Shown here: positions 43,122-54,339 of the stretch, one piece after another | How positions within the stretch are numbered: position 1 is the stretch's first letter | Layout: each line of letters opens with the position of its first letter | NCBI GenBank assembly: GCA_040772485.1 | Contig: JAXGYC010000010.1 | Location: 417,475 to 481,474 of the forward strand | Direction of reading: 5' to 3' | Source of the DNA: Sedimentisphaerales bacterium | Lineage (GTDB): Bacteria; Planctomycetota; Phycisphaerae; Sedimentisphaerales; Anaerobacaceae | DNA: 64,000 bases | The notes under the pieces: model-generated | Told to the model about the DNA's origin: nothing | What the model saw: the letters and a program-made list of their open reading frames with translations, nothing else | Databases searched by the model: none | Translations under genes and position numbers: made by a program

Positions 43122-44405
43122 TCAGGGTCCAGGTGGGGGGCCGACGGGCGAGATCAGCACCTCGAACAGCTTGCCGCGTCGAATCCGGCGCACGGTGAAC
43201 TCCAGAGGCTCGACGCGGAGCCTCTGATCGATGGCAAGGCTCCGGCCCAGTCGAGCGGCCATCCAGTTGGAGAGCGTGCCCTCGGCGGCAATCTGGGGCA
43301 TCGCCAGCCGCTCCGCCAGTTCCGACATCGGCACGCCCCCGCCGACGATCCAAACGCCCTTGGGAAGGCTGTGGCACATCTTCGGCAGGCGGTCGAACTC
43401 ATCCTGAAGGTCGCCCAGGAGCACTTCCACCACGTCTTCGAGCGTGATCAGTCCGGCCGTGTGACCCTGGTTGTCCCGCACGATGGCCATGTGCTCGTGC
43501 TCGTCCACGAAGGCACGGAGGACCTGATGGCAAGGCATGTCCGGCGGCACGAAACGAACGGGGCGAATCACCCCATGAAGCGTCGGTTCGGCCGGGTTCG
43601 TCCGCACGCGATAGACCAGTTCCTTGAAATTCACATATCCCTGCACATCATCCCGATTGCCCTTCTGGACAACCGGGAATCGCGTGTGTGGGTCCATATG
43701 GGCGGTTATGAGGGATTGCGGCAGGGTTTGATCGCTCGAAAGGAACGTGATCTGCTCGACCGGCACCATGATGTCGGCCGCGGTCTGCTTCGAGAGATAA
43801 GCAGCCTGGGTGATGATGTTCTCCTGCTGAGGCGTGATCAGGCGAACGAGGCGAGCGTGTCCGGCCAGGGCCACGACCTCATCCAGCGACAAGGAGGCGG
43901 CGTCCGCTCTCGAACGCGACTCAAAGGGCCGGTTCAGCAGCCGCAACAGACGAATGACCGGCGCCATGACGCGCGTAAGCACCGACAGCGGAATGGCCAT
44001 CCACGCGCAGATCACTGCGTTGAACCGTACGCCGAGCGATTTCGGCAGAAGCTCCGTGTACTGGAGCATGAGGAAGGTGAAAAGGCCGGAGAAGACACCG
44101 ACCGCCCTGCTGCCGAAGATCAGGGCGAATTGTGCGCCGGCAATCGTAGCCCCAATCGTGTGGGCCGCCGTGTTCAGGGCGAGAATCACCGTGATGGGTC
44201 GGTCCAGATCGTCCTTCAAGTGGCCCATGGCCAGGCCAAGCCGGGGGTTGGCCCGTTTGAGCCGGACCAATTGCCCCGGCGTCAGGCTCAGAAGGGCCGC
44301 CTCCATCAGCGAACAGAAGAAGGACACCAGGAAGGCCAACGCAATCCCTGCTGCGAGCACAGCGAAACTGCCTTCCGGCGCCGGTACACCGCCATCCATT
44401 TCCAC
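43122..44405 (-). CDS. CNNM/hemolysin family protein (DUF21, CBS pair, CorC)
   Basis: SFFCSLMEAALLS, ELLPKS, HTRFPV, GLITLEDVVE motifs. Confidence 0.88.
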   Translation of the reverse strand: MEMDGGVPAPEGSFAVLAAGIALAFLVSFFCSLMEAALLSLTPGQLVRLKRANPRLGLAMGHLKDDLDRPITVILALNTAAHTIGATIAGAQFALIFGSRAVGVFSGLFTFLMLQYTELLPKSLGVRFNAVICAWMAIPLSVLTRVMAPVIRLLRLLNRPFESRSRADAASLSLDEVVALAGHARLVRLITPQQENIITQAAYLSKQTAADIMVPVEQITFLSSDQTLPQSLITAHMDPHTRFPVVQKGNRDDVQGYVNFKELVYRVRTNPAEPTLHGVIRPVRFVPPDMPCHQVLRAFVDEHEHMAIVRDNQGHTAGLITLEDVVEVLLGDLQDEFDRLPKMCHSLPKGVWIVGGGVPMSELAERLAMPQIAAEGTLSNWMAARLGRSLAIDQRLRVEPLEFTVRRIRRGKLFEVLISPVGPPPGP

Positions 44406-44913
44406 CTCGGCAAAGTCCGCGGCGTCCCATCCAGGGATACGCGTCGCTGGCGATGGACGCTAAAACACTGACACAAGGGATAATAGCACGGCGGTTAAGC
44501 TGAATCAACCGCAACCACAGCGGTCGGCAGAAAGACCCCCGGAACCGGGCCTTACAGGGCAAGAATTGCGCGTCCGGCCCAGAAACACGGGAAAATTTGG
44601 TGGCTGTGCGCCATTATTAGCTTGCTTTGCAGCCCGAAATCCGTCAAATATGCCAAGAGATAGGCGGCTTGGCGGGCCGCATCGGGGGTTTGCCGCAGGT
44701 CTTTGATGCGGCCGGGGTGATCCGTTTCTCTGTGCGAAGACCCACAAATGTGCAATTTGGGGCGACGCACCGGGGAACGAACGAACGCGGAATCCAAGTA
44801 AGTCGTACACTATGCTTCAGGAAAGACTCGCGCGGCTATGTAGCCGAGGCGGTGGAAACTAACGTAAGTCTATAATTGACAAGGACTCCATTAGTATCAA
44901 AGGAGGATTCGCA

Positions 44914-45186
44914 ATGGCTGGCAGGAAGGCCCAGAAAAGCGGCACTGGAACGATGGAACGTAACGCCCAATCCGGCGGCACCAAGACTTTCGGGACTGGA
45001 GCCGCTACGATAAAAGGGGTCGGCTCGACGACCAAGCCGTCCAGCGCTTCTACGAAGTTGACCCACGAACAAATCGCCAGGCGAGCAGAGGCCATCTGGC
45101 ATAAGAAAGGATGCCAACCGGGTCAGGACGAGTTGAACTGGCGAGAGGCTGAGGCCCAATTGAAGGCCGAAATGGGAATTGCGTGA
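44914..45186 (+). CDS. DUF2934 domain protein
   Basis: HEQIARRA..IW..GC..G.DE.NW.EAE..L; RBS AGGAGG. Confidence 0.8.
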   Translation: MAGRKAQKSGTGTMERNAQSGGTKTFGTGAATIKGVGSTTKPSSASTKLTHEQIARRAEAIWHKKGCQPGQDELNWREAEAQLKAEMGIA

Positions 45187-45681
45187 TCTTCATCGGGCCT
45201 TGTCGCAACAGAAAACGGGCTTGAGGCCCCGCCATAGTCGGATGGGGAGCATAACCGCAAACACAGCCTGCATCTTTACGATCTGAGACCTCCGAGCCGC
45301 TTGGCGACACAAGCCAGGCGGCTCCATGAATGGTTTTGCCGTTGCGAACGCAACAGACCTAGGTCTGTTGCGCGGGGAGGGTTCTTGTCTACGGGAAACG
45401 GGTAGTCTCCACACTGGGCGCATTGTGCGTCGTCTGCTATACTGATAATGGGCCTTTCATCAGAGGCGCCAGATGGAGACGACGACGGCATACAAAGCTG
45501 CGGCAGGACCTGTGGTGGCTCCGGCCGCCTGCCGGATCGGCCCAGGGTGTACGAGTCTTTCCGCTTTCTTTGCCCGGACGGTGATGTTCTGCGCCCGCCC
45601 GATTCCAGAGTCAGCATCCATCCGGCAGGCTCAACCGCTTCCCTTCGCGCGCCGCGGGCGAAGCTGCACGGGGGACAGCTT

Positions 45682-46578
45682 ATGACCCTGTGGAACAACG
45701 TCGCTGAACTGGTGGACTACTACATTCCCCCGATGCCCTCGGAGTACTGGGCCGACATCACCAGGGCCTGCAACCTCCGCTGTGTGATGTGCCCCCAATC
45801 CGACGGCCTGAGTCGACCAAGTGCCGAGATGTCGATGTCGATGTTCAGGCAACTCATCGACGATGTCTGCGAGAATCGGCCGCTGATCAAACTCTACATG
45901 TCGGGCGAACCCCTGCTCCACGAGAACCTCTTCGACATGATCGACTACGCCGATTCGAAGGCGTGCCGGACCGCAGTCCACACCAACGCGACTACCCTGA
46001 CGAGCCGGATGGCCGAGAAGATCCTGTCCTCGCCGCTATCCTCCATCTCCTTCTCCTTCGATGGGTGCTCCCCGGAAGTCTATGAGAAGCTGCGTCCGCC
46101 GGCCAGCTTCGAGCTGGTCCGATCCAATCTCCGGCAGTACCTGGACCTGCGCAGGCGATCTCCCCACGGAGGGCCCCGAACGTGCATCGAGATCATTCGG
46201 ATGCAGGAGACAGAGGGCCTGATCGACGCCTTTGTCGACGAATGGAAATCCAGCGGCGTCGACGAGGTCAAGGTCGTCGACTATATGATGTGGCACGGCC
46301 GCATGAAGGACCGTCGCGTGCCGGGCACGGGGGAGTCGACCGCATACAAGCCCTGCGCTGCGCCGTTTCAGCATGGCTGCGTCCTCGCCGATGGAACGGT
46401 GGTCCCCTGCTGCCTGGATGTTGATGGCGGGATGCCGTTGGGCAACATCACGACGGACCGCTTTCGAGACATCTGGATCGGCAACGCTTATCGCCAGCTC
46501 CGCCTCGAAATGCTGACAGGAACCTTGCCACCCGATTCGATCTGCAGTCGATGCCTGAACACGATTCGCGCCAAATAA
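45682..46578 (+). CDS. radical SAM/SPASM protein
   Basis: CNLRCVMC, GEPLLH, C..PF...DG.V.PCC.D...GN, C..C motifs. Confidence 0.88.
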   Translation: MTLWNNVAELVDYYIPPMPSEYWADITRACNLRCVMCPQSDGLSRPSAEMSMSMFRQLIDDVCENRPLIKLYMSGEPLLHENLFDMIDYADSKACRTAVHTNATTLTSRMAEKILSSPLSSISFSFDGCSPEVYEKLRPPASFELVRSNLRQYLDLRRRSPHGGPRTCIEIIRMQETEGLIDAFVDEWKSSGVDEVKVVDYMMWHGRMKDRRVPGTGESTAYKPCAAPFQHGCVLADGTVVPCCLDVDGGMPLGNITTDRFRDIWIGNAYRQLRLEMLTGTLPPDSICSRCLNTIRAK

Positions 46579-46721
46579 CGGCATGGCGCGACCCGTTCGT
46601 TCCATTCCTCGTCTGCCCCGCTGCTTGCTCTCAGCCCCACTTTAGGGGATCATGGTCTGCGCCGGCGCATCAGAACGGCAAATGGGTCGGCTCGACTCTG
46701 CGAGAAGACGGAAGGACAGCC

Positions 46722-47447
46722 ATGCGGGAAGAACCCAAAGACGGAGGCAGACAGCGGCTGGACGCGGCCGGGATCACGGTCCTCGTCGGCACGTTCTTCG
46801 GGGCGTTTATCGAGGGAGCAGCACTGTTTGCCGCCGCCGGGACGATGGCCTTGCCGCGAGCGTGGTTCTTCCTGGCCCTGAGCTTCGTCGGCTTGTTCGG
46901 CCAGATCGCCCTGCTCGCCTGGAAGAACCCTGAACTCGTCAATCAACGAGGCCGCTGGAAAAAGATGCGGGACGTCAAACGATGGGACAAGCCCCTCGTG
47001 ATCGCGTTTGGCATCTTGGGCTTCTATGTGGTGCCCATCGTGGTGGGACTCGACGTCGGCAGATACCAGTGGTCGAACCTTGGAACGTGGTCACTCGTCG
47101 TCGGAACGGCCCTCTACGTCTTCGGCACCGTCCTGATCACCTGGGCCATGCTCGTCAACACGCACTTCGAGACGGTCGTCCGCATCCAGACCGATCGCAA
47201 CCACCGAGTGGTGACAGATGGACCGTACCGCTTCATCAGGCACCCAGGGTACGTGGGGGCCGGGCTGTGGATCCTGGCGGCCCCGCTGATCGTCGGCTCT
47301 GCCTGCGGCCTGATCCCCGTCGTTCTCGTCGCCGTCACCATCGTGGTCCGAACCCGTCTGGAAGACCGAACCCTGCACCGCGAGCTTCCCGGCTACGCCG
47401 ACTACGCCGCCCGCGTCCCCTACCGCCTCCTCCCCCGCATCTGGTAA
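46722..47447 (+). CDS. isoprenylcysteine carboxyl methyltransferase family membrane protein
   Basis: GPYRFIRHPGY, RTRLEDRTL..ELPGY..Y motifs. Confidence 0.88.
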   Translation: MREEPKDGGRQRLDAAGITVLVGTFFGAFIEGAALFAAAGTMALPRAWFFLALSFVGLFGQIALLAWKNPELVNQRGRWKKMRDVKRWDKPLVIAFGILGFYVVPIVVGLDVGRYQWSNLGTWSLVVGTALYVFGTVLITWAMLVNTHFETVVRIQTDRNHRVVTDGPYRFIRHPGYVGAGLWILAAPLIVGSACGLIPVVLVAVTIVVRTRLEDRTLHRELPGYADYAARVPYRLLPRIW

Positions 47448-47557
47448 TACGAGAGCATGATTCGTGACCGGAGAACAGCGCCGGCAGCGCAGAGAATGGG
47501 CAAGCAATCAGATTACCGCAGCATCCGTGGCGAAGACACAGCACCTGCCCCCGCCTT

Positions 47558-47742
47558 GTCATTCCGACCGGAGCGAAGCGTAGTGGAGGAATCTGGCGCC
47601 GGATGGGCAGTATCGCGTGTTCTACGTCGGCGGCCTGGAGTAAGAGAATGGCTCGTGTTCCGAACCGGTTCGAACAAGAACCGGCCAACGAGCCTCCTCG
47701 CGGCCAGATCTCTCCACTGCGCTTCGCTCCGGTCGAGATGAC
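47558..47742. repeat. GTCA-type REPIN-like element
   Basis: GTCATTCCGACCGGAGCGAAGCGTAGTGGAGGAATCT ... AGATCTCTCCACTGCGCTTCGCTCCGGTCGAGATGAC inverted pair. Confidence 0.8.
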
Positions 47743-47935
47743 GGACAGAGGATCGGAAGCTGTCAAATCTTCAGGATGTTCCTGCGTGGTGGCCAGAATC
47801 AACGGACGGCTGCCGGATGTTCGAAGGATACGACCGCGACATTGGTCATCGAGAGGTCGGAATACGCGCCCAAGGCGATACGGTTTACCTCTATGGATTT
47901 ACCGAGCAGATTGGACCACCGGTGCGGAGAGAAGG

Positions 47936-49885
47936 TCACTGGCCAAGCAACTGGCGGGCGCGGTCGAGCAGGTTGGGCGGGTAGTGCTCTTGTTCGAGGA
48001 TGCGGATGGCGGTTCGGGTGCCGGCCGGGCCGGAGCAGAGTAGGTAGTCGAACTCAATGCCCTGCTCGGTCAGGTGCTCCTGGAAGTGATGGTTCTCGGC
48101 CAGATCGGACGCGGCGGCGGTCTGCGCCAGCGTCTCTTCGTGTGTCGCGACCAGAAAGAGGTTGCCGGAGGCCAGCAGATGCTCCGCCAGGGCGATGCCG
48201 GCCGCCGTTCGCTCGGAGGAATTCGTGCCACGGAAAGGTTCGTCGATCAGGCCCAGCAGACGCGTTTCGCTGCCGGAGTCAACCACCATGCGGCGAAGCC
48301 GCCGGACCTCGGAGAGGAAGTAGCTCTCGTTCCGCGCCAGATCGTCACGGATGCGGACGTCCGTCAGCAGCCGCACAGGCGAGAGTGACATCTGCCCCGC
48401 GACCACAGCGGAACCGATCTGTGCCAGCAGTACGTTCACGCCCGCCATTCGCAGGTACGTGCTCTTGCCCGCAGCGTTGGGACCGGTGATGACCCACATG
48501 CGCTTCGCATCGGTCAGGCACACGCTGTTGGCCGTCACGTGCCCGGACGGGATCAGCGGATGGCGGCCGTCGGAAATCGATACAAGAGTCTCGCCGACGA
48601 GGTCCGGATAGCACGTGCCCGTCCGCTCGGCGGCAAAGCACGCCAGGCTGGCGAGGGCTTCAAGCTCCGCCATCGCGGCCAAACCCTCAAGCAGCACCTG
48701 CCGGCCGGACACGACACGCCGGACGATGGCTTCGCACACGTGCAGATCGTAGAAGATTATCACGTTCATCAGACTGCGAGCCAGGCCGCCCAGCGCCAGC
48801 CACCCCAGATGCTCGCACAGCAAAGGAATCTCGGTCTCGGTCACCACCTTCTCAAAACGACGCCTCAGCACGCCCAGATCAGCCTCGGCAGGCAGGCTCT
48901 CCTCGGCGAACTGGGCCACCGTCAGAAGCCCACGCAGGACCGACGCCAGCCGGACCAGAGGCAGTGCAGCGGCTTTGAGCAAGGTGAGCATGTCTCGGTT
49001 CAGACGCGCGATCAGCAGGTTGACCACGATCAGCGCGACGATCAGCCGGAACCAGCCGTACTGCCCGCGCAGCATCTGTACGACGGCAAGCGCCAAGAAC
49101 AGACCGCTGAACACCGACCAGACGCGAATCCATCTCGACGCATTTACATGCGGGTTGGACGTCGTGTTGTGAAGACGCTCAGCGAGCGCCTCGATTTGTT
49201 GGGATTGGCCGCGAAGCGGAACGACGGACGCCATCATGTCGATCCGTTGCGCATCGTGCTCGGCGAGCCACCGCACCGCCTCCTGTCGAGAGAGAATGTG
49301 CTGGGCGGAAAGGCACGGTCCGTCCAGCATGTCGCGCAGCCGCCGGGCGCCGAGATCGGTCGAGGTGCGATTCAGCAGGCCGAAGACTCCGACAGGCGCC
49401 GCGTAGATGTCCAGGTCGTCCAGCTCCTGCTCGCTCAGGGCCCACGTGGGACCCGATTCGAACGCGACCGGCAGAACCGCCTCCGCGAGATCCGAGTCCG
49501 ATGGACGCTTCCAGTCGCGTATGGGCTGGCCCTCATCGACGGCGCTGCGCAGTGATTCTTCGACCACGACGAGAATCCGCTCGGTCAGGCTTCTTCTGGC
49601 CTTCCAGTGGAGATGCCGCAGGACTACCAGGCAGAACACAATCAGAGCGGGGACAGCGCCTGCTGCCGCGGGCAGGAACCCATACAGCAGGGCCGTGGCC
49701 ACGATTGCCGCAACGCAGATCGCGAAGGTCGCCAGTCTCAGCCACGACCAGCGGCTTTCGCGACGCCGGTACAAGACAAGATCGCGCTGGAGGTCCTGCC
49801 GCCGGGCCATCAAACGTTCTTGGCATGTTGTCCCCTGGCCTTGGCCGGGCCCGGCCGAGGAACGAGTTTTGACGTCCTTGTCCAT
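47936..49885 (-). CDS. membrane-anchored MutS-related ATPase (domain V)
   Basis: TM helices; ITGPNAAGKSTYLR, SYFLSEV.RL, IDEPFRGTNS, VATH motifs. Confidence 0.85.
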   Translation of the reverse strand: MDKDVKTRSSAGPGQGQGTTCQERLMARRQDLQRDLVLYRRRESRWSWLRLATFAICVAAIVATALLYGFLPAAAGAVPALIVFCLVVLRHLHWKARRSLTERILVVVEESLRSAVDEGQPIRDWKRPSDSDLAEAVLPVAFESGPTWALSEQELDDLDIYAAPVGVFGLLNRTSTDLGARRLRDMLDGPCLSAQHILSRQEAVRWLAEHDAQRIDMMASVVPLRGQSQQIEALAERLHNTTSNPHVNASRWIRVWSVFSGLFLALAVVQMLRGQYGWFRLIVALIVVNLLIARLNRDMLTLLKAAALPLVRLASVLRGLLTVAQFAEESLPAEADLGVLRRRFEKVVTETEIPLLCEHLGWLALGGLARSLMNVIIFYDLHVCEAIVRRVVSGRQVLLEGLAAMAELEALASLACFAAERTGTCYPDLVGETLVSISDGRHPLIPSGHVTANSVCLTDAKRMWVITGPNAAGKSTYLRMAGVNVLLAQIGSAVVAGQMSLSPVRLLTDVRIRDDLARNESYFLSEVRRLRRMVVDSGSETRLLGLIDEPFRGTNSSERTAAGIALAEHLLASGNLFLVATHEETLAQTAAASDLAENHHFQEHLTEQGIEFDYLLCSGPAGTRTAIRILEQEHYPPNLLDRARQLLGQ

Positions 49886-50057
49886 TGCGGGCCTATAGAT
49901 AGCATGCCAGGGACGTTCACGCAAGAGGACACCCGCTCTGCCGCGCCACCCCTGCGAACCCAAATTCTCGCTTGCCTTGCGTCGATTCGCCGTCACAATG
50001 GCGTTGATAGACGCCGCTAACCGTTCCGATGCGAATTCTATGATCGGAGATGAGCCA

Positions 50058-51611
50058 ATGTCACCGCACAGAATTTCCCGACGCGCGTTCATGAAGTCCC
50101 TTTCGTTGGCCGCGGCTGCGGCCATGATCCCTGCCCCGTTGCGGGCCGCTCAGGGCAAACGCCCGAAGAACATCGTGCTGATCTATGCCGACGATCTCGG
50201 CTATGGCGACGTCAGTTGCTACGGCGCCAGGGACTTCCAGACGCCGAACATCGACCGGATCGCCTCCGAAGGCGTGCGCTTCACCCACGCCCATTCGGCC
50301 TCGGCGACATGCACCCCGTCGCGGTACGCAATGTTGACGGGCGAATACGCCTGGCGGCGCAAGGGCACGGGCGTCGCTACCGGCGATGCGCGAATGATCA
50401 TCGAACCGGGTCGCGCGACGCTGCCCTTGCTCCTGCAAAAGGCAGGTTATGCCACGGGTGTCGTCGGTAAATGGCATCTGGGCCTCGGCGCACAAGGGCA
50501 GGAGTTGAACTGGAACGAACAAATCAAGCCGGGCCCGCTCGACATCGGTTTCGATTACTGCTTCCTGATCCCCGCGACCGGGGATCGCGTGCCCTGCGTG
50601 TACGTGGAGAATCGCTGGGTCGTCGGGCTCGACCCCACCGACCCGATCGAGGTCAGTTTCGCCGGGCCGGTCGGCGACGAGCCAACGGGCAAAAACCACC
50701 CCGAGCTGCTCAAGATGCACCCCAGCCACGGCCACGACCAGACGATCGTCAACGGCATCAGCCGGATCGGCTACATGAAAGGTGGCCAGGCCGCCCGCTG
50801 GGTCGATGAGGATATCGCCGACACCATCACCGCCAAGGCGACTGATTTCATCGCGCGGCACGAGGACCAGCCCTTCTTCCTCTACTTCGCCACGCACGAC
50901 ATCCATGTCCCGCGCGTGCCGCATCCCCGCTTCGCAGGCACCAGCGGGCTTGGCCCTCGCGGCGACGTGATCCTTCAGCTCGACTGGTGCGTCGGCGAAA
51001 TCCTCAAAACGCTGGACCGCCTGAAGCTCACCGACGACACGCTGCTGATCTTCACCAGCGACAATGGCCCGGTGGTGGACGATGGATACAAGGACCAGGC
51101 GGTGGAGAGGCTCGGCGGGCACAAGCCGTCGGGCTCGTTGCGGGGCGGCAAATACAGCGCGTTCGACGCCGGCACGCGTGTACCGTTCATCGTCCGCTGG
51201 CCACGTGAGCTCAAGCCGGGCCTCTCCGAAGCCCTCGTCTGCCAGATCGACTTCCTCGCTTCGCTGGCGACGCTGACCGAACAGAACTTGCCTGCCGATG
51301 CGGCGCCGGACAGTTTCGACGTCCTTGGCGCCCTGTTGGGCAGGACACAAACCGGCCGCGACCACCTGGTCGAGCACGCCGGAACGCTATCGCTCATCAA
51401 GGGCCGCTGGAAATACATCGCGCCAAGCAAAGGCGCGAAGATCAACCGCAACGTCAACATCGAGTTGGGCAACGACCCCGAGCCGCAGCTCTACGACCTC
51501 CAAACCGATCTCGGTGAGAGGCACAACGTCGCAGCCGAACATCCCGAAACGGTCAAGGAGATGGCGGCCCTGCTGGAACAGATCAAGGCCGCCGGCCGCT
51601 CACGGCCGTGA
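50058..51611 (+). CDS. arylsulfatase with Tat signal
   Basis: SRRAFMK; ADDLGYGD, CTPSR, GKWHLG, SDNG motifs. Confidence 0.92.
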   Translation: MSPHRISRRAFMKSLSLAAAAAMIPAPLRAAQGKRPKNIVLIYADDLGYGDVSCYGARDFQTPNIDRIASEGVRFTHAHSASATCTPSRYAMLTGEYAWRRKGTGVATGDARMIIEPGRATLPLLLQKAGYATGVVGKWHLGLGAQGQELNWNEQIKPGPLDIGFDYCFLIPATGDRVPCVYVENRWVVGLDPTDPIEVSFAGPVGDEPTGKNHPELLKMHPSHGHDQTIVNGISRIGYMKGGQAARWVDEDIADTITAKATDFIARHEDQPFFLYFATHDIHVPRVPHPRFAGTSGLGPRGDVILQLDWCVGEILKTLDRLKLTDDTLLIFTSDNGPVVDDGYKDQAVERLGGHKPSGSLRGGKYSAFDAGTRVPFIVRWPRELKPGLSEALVCQIDFLASLATLTEQNLPADAAPDSFDVLGALLGRTQTGRDHLVEHAGTLSLIKGRWKYIAPSKGAKINRNVNIELGNDPEPQLYDLQTDLGERHNVAAEHPETVKEMAALLEQIKAAGRSRP

Positions 51612-51646
51612 CGTGCGTCACAACAGAAGTGTTGGCCAACGCCGCT

Positions 51647-54235
51647 CTATGGTTTCCGGGCGTCCTCCCGAATGACGTCCACGAGGCCCACGTCGATGTA
51701 CTGCCCGCCGGAGGTCTGACGGCAATGAACGGCGAACACGTTCTTGCCCGGTTTCAAGGTCGCCAGCGCCGCCGGCGTCATCGCCATCTCCCCATAGCTC
51801 GATGTAAAGCCCGACGTCGTCAGAGCAAGCACACCGTTGAGATAGACTTGGGCGTTTTCGTCGTGGTGGATCTGTAGTTGCAGGTCGTGCCACATCCCTT
51901 CGGGCAGGACAAACTCGCGACGCAACCAGATATCGGAACTGTTCCAGACCGTTCCGACGCTGGCACCGGGCGTGCCTTTGGTGCCGAATCCGCCGGGTCC
52001 TTCGCTCCAGGCGGAGGCATCGAAATCCGCCGCAAACCAATCGTCGGCCGGCTTGTCCGTCGTGTACCGCCACGTGAGCGGTTCGTTCTGGCTGGTCGGG
52101 ACCGCCGTGACCACCCTGGGCGGCTTGGGCAGTGGCGCCCAGCCCGATGCGTCCGTCACGTCGCGGCGGGCCCACTTCCGCCAGATGTGCTTCTCATAGA
52201 GCATCCTCAGGAACACGCCTCCGACCGTCGGCCGGGCCTGGAAGCCGCGTTTCTTGGCATCGTGCGTCCAGTACCAGTCGCTCATAGGCACGCGGTCCGG
52301 CGTCTCGTTGAGGAAGCGGAACACCGGATCGACGAGGACCTCGAAGTCGTCCTGGTTCTGTGTCAGCGTCGCCGTCCAGAGGATCCAGTCGAGCTTCGTG
52401 TAGCGCGACCGGTTGTCCAGGGGCAGCCCGTAGGTGTTCTGCACCTTCTTGTAGTATTCCATCTCCGTGCGGAGCACCTGTGCCGGGAACAAATCGAGAC
52501 CGAGAAGCTCATCCCACACGAGGTTGTATTTCTGGCTCCACGTGCCGGGCTTGTCGAACGCCAGGCGGTAGTGATCGCCGTCGTTGGCCTCCTCGACCCA
52601 GCGGGCGGCGAACTCTTTCGCCAGTTTCATGTATTCGTCCGCCTTCGCCTTGTCGCCTCGCATCGCGCAGAGCTTGCCGTAGGCGCCCAGGCCGCAAATG
52701 GCCTTGGCCGAGAGGTTCACGTTGTGCGCCAGGTGGCCGGCGAAGTCGTCGGTGCAGAGCTGGTTCTCCGGATCGAAGCCTTTGGCCTTGAGGTACTCGG
52801 CCCACGCCGTCAGTTGTGGCCAATACAGACCCGCGAAGTCCGCATCGCCTTCCATCTGCGCGACGGCGGCCATGAGGATCAGCAGATTGCCGCTCTCCTC
52901 GACGGGCATCTGGTTCTCCTCGGTGCGCTCGCCGCCGCCGTAGACTTGGCCGTTGGCGTGCGGGTACTGGCCCAGGTCATGCGGAGCAAACGGGAACCGC
53001 CATCGCTCGGACGCGGTGTAGTTCATGAACGGCACGAGGAACGACTTGGCCACGGAAGGCCCGAACAGCAGGAACTGAGGGGCCATCGGGTAGAACACGT
53101 CGGAGGTCCCGATGCAGCCGTTGCTGAAATTCTCCTTGCAGAATTGCAGCGGCTGGCCGTCGGCGTCGGCGACGAACTTGCCGGCCGCAAAGCAGTGCCG
53201 ATACGCCAGCGCGCAGAGCAGCGCATACTTGCGTCCCCCGGTCTTGGTCAGGTCCGCCATAAGCTCCTTGTCGAAGGCCGCACAGCGTTTCTTGAGCGAC
53301 TCATAGTCCCGAGCCGCCGCCTTGAGCAAATCCTCCGCTTCCCAGCCGTTGCGACGCCAGTAGGGGCGGAGGTTCTTCTTCATGTACTGGATCGAATAGA
53401 GATCGTCATAAGCGAGCATCAGCCAGCGACTGACCGGCTTCTTCGAAACCTTGACCGCGTCCCATGCCATCGCGGCACATACGTTCTCGGCGGCCGTCGG
53501 GCCGTTGAGAATCGCGACCGAACGCATGGCGTCCCTGATGAAGGCGGATTGAGCGAGCTCGCGCAGCGCGAACACGCGGGACGACACAACGTTCTTCGGT
53601 GCCGCCACATAGAGATAACCCCAATCGATTCGGATGTCGTCGCCTCTTTTGGCCAGGACCGGCTGGTCCTTCGAGCCCACTTTGCTGACGACAAGGTCCT
53701 CCATCTCTTCGCCGGCCCACACTACCTCCTGATTCGGGGTGTTCACCGCAAGTTCGGCGGAGGCGTCGAGGTATACCTGGACGTCGTGTGACTTGCCGTC
53801 GGTGGCGCGGAAGTCGCAGGTCAAATAGGTGACCGGACGGGAAAGCAGGTCTATGTCCTCGGGCAGAGCCGCCGTCATGAAGGTCAGCGTCAGAGCGATG
53901 CCCGCGCCCTCGAACGTGTAGATCGTTCGCGTGGGCAGAACCTGGAGCGACGTCTGCTTAAGGGCGCCCACGTCGGCGGGCGTGTCGCCCATGATCCGCC
54001 AGGCCTGGCCGTCGATGCGGACCAGGCTGGTGAGCCGGTGGGGCTTGCCCGTCCAGTGACGCGTCCCGTCGTCGGTGAGCCTGTCGGCGCAGGACCAGAC
54101 GCTGAAGTACGGATCGCACGGCACCAGCGGCACCGCCGGCGGACGCAATGTCACTTCGTCGCGCCCCGCCCCATGAACCGGCGCGGTCGCCGAAGCCAGC
54201 AACAAGACCAGACACAAAAGACTGCGAATCGTCAT
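51647..54235 (-). CDS. GtaA-like glutaminase/DUF4965-DUF5127 family protein with C-terminal beta-sandwich
   Basis: RPPAVPL..DPYFSVWS, KE.FSNG, APHDLG.YP, MPVEESGN, QLCTDDFAG, SQKYNLVWD motifs. Confidence 0.85.
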   Translation of the reverse strand: MTIRSLLCLVLLLASATAPVHGAGRDEVTLRPPAVPLVPCDPYFSVWSCADRLTDDGTRHWTGKPHRLTSLVRIDGQAWRIMGDTPADVGALKQTSLQVLPTRTIYTFEGAGIALTLTFMTAALPEDIDLLSRPVTYLTCDFRATDGKSHDVQVYLDASAELAVNTPNQEVVWAGEEMEDLVVSKVGSKDQPVLAKRGDDIRIDWGYLYVAAPKNVVSSRVFALRELAQSAFIRDAMRSVAILNGPTAAENVCAAMAWDAVKVSKKPVSRWLMLAYDDLYSIQYMKKNLRPYWRRNGWEAEDLLKAAARDYESLKKRCAAFDKELMADLTKTGGRKYALLCALAYRHCFAAGKFVADADGQPLQFCKENFSNGCIGTSDVFYPMAPQFLLFGPSVAKSFLVPFMNYTASERWRFPFAPHDLGQYPHANGQVYGGGERTEENQMPVEESGNLLILMAAVAQMEGDADFAGLYWPQLTAWAEYLKAKGFDPENQLCTDDFAGHLAHNVNLSAKAICGLGAYGKLCAMRGDKAKADEYMKLAKEFAARWVEEANDGDHYRLAFDKPGTWSQKYNLVWDELLGLDLFPAQVLRTEMEYYKKVQNTYGLPLDNRSRYTKLDWILWTATLTQNQDDFEVLVDPVFRFLNETPDRVPMSDWYWTHDAKKRGFQARPTVGGVFLRMLYEKHIWRKWARRDVTDASGWAPLPKPPRVVTAVPTSQNEPLTWRYTTDKPADDWFAADFDASAWSEGPGGFGTKGTPGASVGTVWNSSDIWLRREFVLPEGMWHDLQLQIHHDENAQVYLNGVLALTTSGFTSSYGEMAMTPAALATLKPGKNVFAVHCRQTSGGQYIDVGLVDVIREDARKP

Positions 54236-54339
54236 CAGATGCTCCTTCTTTCTCGAATCTCTGCAACGCCACCAGACCTTCGGCCTTCGGGCGTCCGAAT
54301 TGTATCGTGATTGGCGCAAACGAACAAGCAATGAGAGGA